Part shown: piece by piece, positions 61,276 through 64,000 of the stretch
How positions within the stretch are numbered: position 1 is the first letter of the stretch
Layout: every line of letters begins with the position of its first letter
From: Nitrospirota bacterium
GTDB lineage: Bacteria > Nitrospirota > UBA9217
Reading direction: 5' to 3'
NCBI GenBank assembly: GCA_963840455.1
Contig: CAWIYV010000011.1
Location: forward strand, 192,001 to 256,000
DNA length: 64,000 nucleotides
Notes under the pieces: model-generated
Told to the model about the DNA's origin: nothing
Databases searched by the model: none
What the model saw: only the letters and a program-made list of their open reading frames with translations
Translations under genes and position numbers: made by a program

Positions 61276-61758
61276 CTACTCCACAAGATAGGCTGTAATG
61301 AACACCCCGACCATCGCCAGGGTCAGCGCGATCTTCATGGCCGCGCCGAGGACGAGGCCGAACAGTGTGCCGTACCCCACTTTCCCCGCCCTGACAAGAT
61401 CGCGTTTCGCAAGGAACTCTCCTGCCGCAGCGCCCACAAAGGGGCCGACGAAGATTCCGATGATGCCGAAGAAGATCCCCACGATGGTGCCGATCGTCGC
61501 GCCGATGACGGCCTGTTTGCTCGCTCCCGCTTTTTTCGCTCCCGCCCCCGTTGCCACGATGTCAGCAACAAAGGACAGTGCTGTCAGGACACCGAGCACG
61601 GTGAGCGGCGCCCAGCCCACTTTCTCGAATCCGTCGATCCACGCCGCCAGGAGCATCCCTCCAAAGATCAGCACCGGGCCCGGTAGGACAGGAGCCACCG
61701 TACCGATGATACCGGCAACCACCAAGACAACAGCGACAGCCCAGAGAAGCACGATCAT
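61276..61758 (-). CDS. DUF456 family membrane protein
   Basis: G...PVLPG, GAKKAGAS, GPFVGA...E. Confidence 0.88.
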   Translation of the reverse strand: MIVLLWAVAVVLVVAGIIGTVAPVLPGPVLIFGGMLLAAWIDGFEKVGWAPLTVLGVLTALSFVADIVATGAGAKKAGASKQAVIGATIGTIVGIFFGIIGIFVGPFVGAAAGEFLAKRDLVRAGKVGYGTLFGLVLGAAMKIALTLAMVGVFITAYLVE

Positions 61759-61887
61759 GTGCGCATCCCTCCCTCTCTGTTCATGAGACATGACGAAAGG
61801 GCGATCATGTCCGTATGGCGATAGCGCCTCAATTCTGCCGATGACAAGCAGGTCAACGCAAAGGCGAATTCGAGAGGCCCCCGTCCC

Positions 61888-62982
61888 TTACTCCTTGAAG
61901 GTCCAGTAGGAGTTGAGAAAGTAGTTGATGAGCGTGGCGGGCACGATGCCGATGGCCTGATGGACCTGAGGGATGCCTTGACGATCGAGGGCACTTACTA
62001 TAAGGAATGTGGAATAGCTGACCGCGAGGGCAACGAAGGAGACGACATTGAACTTCAGGCCCCGGATGTGGATCTTGTCGTTCATGTCCCGTTTCGAGAA
62101 GGTCCAGAAGTTGTTCAGGAAGAAGTTCGTGATGATCGAAACCTCGATCGCCAGCGGCGACGCGAGGAACTTGTTCATTCCCAGCTTCAGGAGCATCGTG
62201 AACGAGACAAGGTTCACGAAGACGCCGATCGCGCCGACTGCGCCGAACTTCAGGAATGTCTTGCTCCGCTCGAACCGGATCCACCAGGCATTCAGCATGA
62301 ATTCCACGATGTCGGACAAGCCTAGCTTCGTCTCCCCTCTTTTTCTATCGACGAACTCGACCGGTATCTCCCGCACCTTCGCATGGTTCAAGATCGCTTC
62401 ATGGAGAAGCGATATCTGGAACGCATAGCCTTTGACCTTAAGCGTATCGGGGTCAATTTTCGTGATGATCGAAGCGCGTATCGCCCGGAACCCTGCCGTG
62501 CAGTCCCTGACCTGGTACATCCCGGCCACATAGCGCGCAAACATGTTCCCCCACTTGGAGTTCATCCTGCGGAGATAGCTCCAGTCGTCCGGGATCTTCC
62601 CGCCCGGCACGTACCTGCTGCCGATCACAAAATCGGCCCCGTTGTCCAGCCCCTCGATGAGCCTGGGCACGTCTTCCGGCTTATGGGAGAAGTCCGCGTC
62701 CATCTCCATGACCGCATCGGCCTTCAGCTGCTCGATGGCATGCTTCATGCCGCGGATGTACGCTGCACCTAATCCTTGCTTTGTGCCGGTGATCAGATGG
62801 AGGTTCTTCCAGGAGGGAGCTTCCGCCCTGACCGCATCCGCTGTCCCGTCGGGAGAATTGTCGTCCACGACCAGGATGTGCATATCATGCGGGATGGCGC
62901 GGAATTGCTCCTGCAGCGCCTGGACCATCAGGACGATGTTTTCCCGCTCATTATAGGTTGGAAGGATAACGACAATCTTCAT
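61888..62982 (-). CDS. GT2 polyprenol-phosphate glycosyltransferase (DPM1-like) fused to a GtrA domain
   Basis: PTYNE.EN, VDDNSPDGT, MDADFSH; C-terminal KFGAVG...NF.LN..WTF. Confidence 0.93.
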   Translation of the reverse strand: MKIVVILPTYNERENIVLMVQALQEQFRAIPHDMHILVVDDNSPDGTADAVRAEAPSWKNLHLITGTKQGLGAAYIRGMKHAIEQLKADAVMEMDADFSHKPEDVPRLIEGLDNGADFVIGSRYVPGGKIPDDWSYLRRMNSKWGNMFARYVAGMYQVRDCTAGFRAIRASIITKIDPDTLKVKGYAFQISLLHEAILNHAKVREIPVEFVDRKRGETKLGLSDIVEFMLNAWWIRFERSKTFLKFGAVGAIGVFVNLVSFTMLLKLGMNKFLASPLAIEVSIITNFFLNNFWTFSKRDMNDKIHIRGLKFNVVSFVALAVSYSTFLIVSALDRQGIPQVHQAIGIVPATLINYFLNSYWTFKE

Positions 62983-63113
62983 GGATCACCTGCAGGCGTC
63001 AACGACCGGCACTGTCGAGGAACGGGGCGCACGGAAAAGTCTTTGACATGGATTGACGCGCACGATAGAAAAGAGCGCGTGATGGTTCCTTTTTTCTGTT
63101 TTCGGACCCCAGT

Positions 63114-64000
63114 CTACGCAGCGGCAGGCCGGTCCTCGCCGGCCCGGTCCTTCCTGTCCGCGAAGAACGTCACGAGCAGGTACACAGCAAAGCAGACCGC
63201 CATGAGCGGGGACAGCCAGCTGGTCCCGGCATGCGGCGTCAGCATGCGTTCGATCGTACGGCCGCCCAATATGGCAAGCGCTATGCAGCTGAGCAGAATG
63301 CCCTCCCGGAAGCGCTGTTCAACAAGGAACGCACCGGCGAGGAACGCGGCGATCGCGGGGCCGAGCATGGCGTAGGTGTTGTTCTCGGTCCGAGGGCTGA
63401 ACAGCATCAGGTACGTAACGGCGAGGGAAAACACGAACACCGCTGAGCGGACCGCGTCATGGCGGCGCCGGGAAAGATAACAGAGGATGAGCGTTCCCAG
63501 GGCCGCAGCGATCCTGATCAGCATCTGGAGCTTTTCCGGAACAATGATGCCTGCGAGACGGATCGCGTGGAACGGGGAGGTCCACCCCGTCTCCGCCGCT
63601 CCCACGTGGGCAGCCGTGGTAAAGTTCTTCCAGCACGCCGCATATTGCTCAAGGACGTACGTCGGATGCTGGGTCAGGAAAGGCACCAGCGCGGTTGCCA
63701 GCATCCCCAACGCCACGCGCCAGATCAGGGGACGGTCGATCGCCATAAGAAGCAGCACCAGCACGATCATCAGGGGCTTCACGGAAATGCCAAGCGACAG
63801 CCACAGCACGACCCTCCACCAGCTCTGCTCCGCCGCCGCGACGACCGCCAGCAGCATCAAGCCCGTCAGGGCAAGCGTCGCCTGTCCATTGCGTGCGCAA
63901 TCCCACGCCAGGGGGAGCGCCACAAGCGTCATCAGGGGGAACAGCTCTTTTCCTGACCGGCAGCGCGCCAGCCTCGCGAACTGAAAGATGCCGAGCGCGA
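63114..64000 (-). CDS. GT87/DUF2029-like membrane glycosyltransferase, 5' part outside the window
   Basis: NGQ...KP motif in a polytopic membrane ORF upstream of the GT2-GtrA gene. Confidence 0.7.
   Translation of the reverse strand, partial: ALGIFQFARLARCRSGKELFPLMTLVALPLAWDCARNGQATLALTGLMLLAVVAAAEQSWWRVVLWLSLGISVKPLMIVLVLLLMAIDRPLIWRVALGMLATALVPFLTQHPTYVLEQYAACWKNFTTAAHVGAAETGWTSPFHAIRLAGIIVPEKLQMLIRIAAALGTLILCYLSRRRHDAVRSAVFVFSLAVTYLMLFSPRTENNTYAMLGPAIAAFLAGAFLVEQRFREGILLSCIALAILGGRTIERMLTPHAGTSWLSPLMAVCFAVYLLVTFFADRKDRAGEDRPAAA

Overview
GC-rich bacterial window, probably from an anaerobic Nitrospirota- or Desulfobacterota-like organism (inferred from gene content). It contains: (1) an ArsR-led sulfur/selenium operon (1-4802, minus strand) with three in-frame UGA codons, each followed by a SECIS-like hairpin. 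These are two NDPxGxxU thioredoxin-like proteins and a UxxC DsrE, alongside DsrF, DsrH, a pentaheme cytochrome and an Sqr-like flavoprotein. (2) A fourth predicted selenoprotein, an exported heme-c/triple-rhodanese (24097-25509). (3) A probable solitary integron cassette and a small defence islet (DUF6516 toxin-antitoxin pair, type IIG restriction-modification). (4) The ffh-rpsP-rimM-trmD-rplS-rnhB-yraN-rimO-rpsA housekeeping block. (5) A 12.4-kb lipoprotein/PEGA-TPR/TolB-like/TPR/Opp-type ABC operon headed by a GEMM-I riboswitch carrying the A20 (cGAMP-type) variant and an overlapping terminator. (6) Six PilZ-type proteins and assorted metabolic genes. Non-coding structure is rich: about 13 copies of a ~120-bp double-hairpin repeat (one interrupted by a 327-bp MITE with TIRs and an 8-bp TSD) and inverted periodic micro-repeat pairs at operon junctions. 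Three single-base frameshifts may be assembly errors. All calls come from motif reading; no database searches were run.
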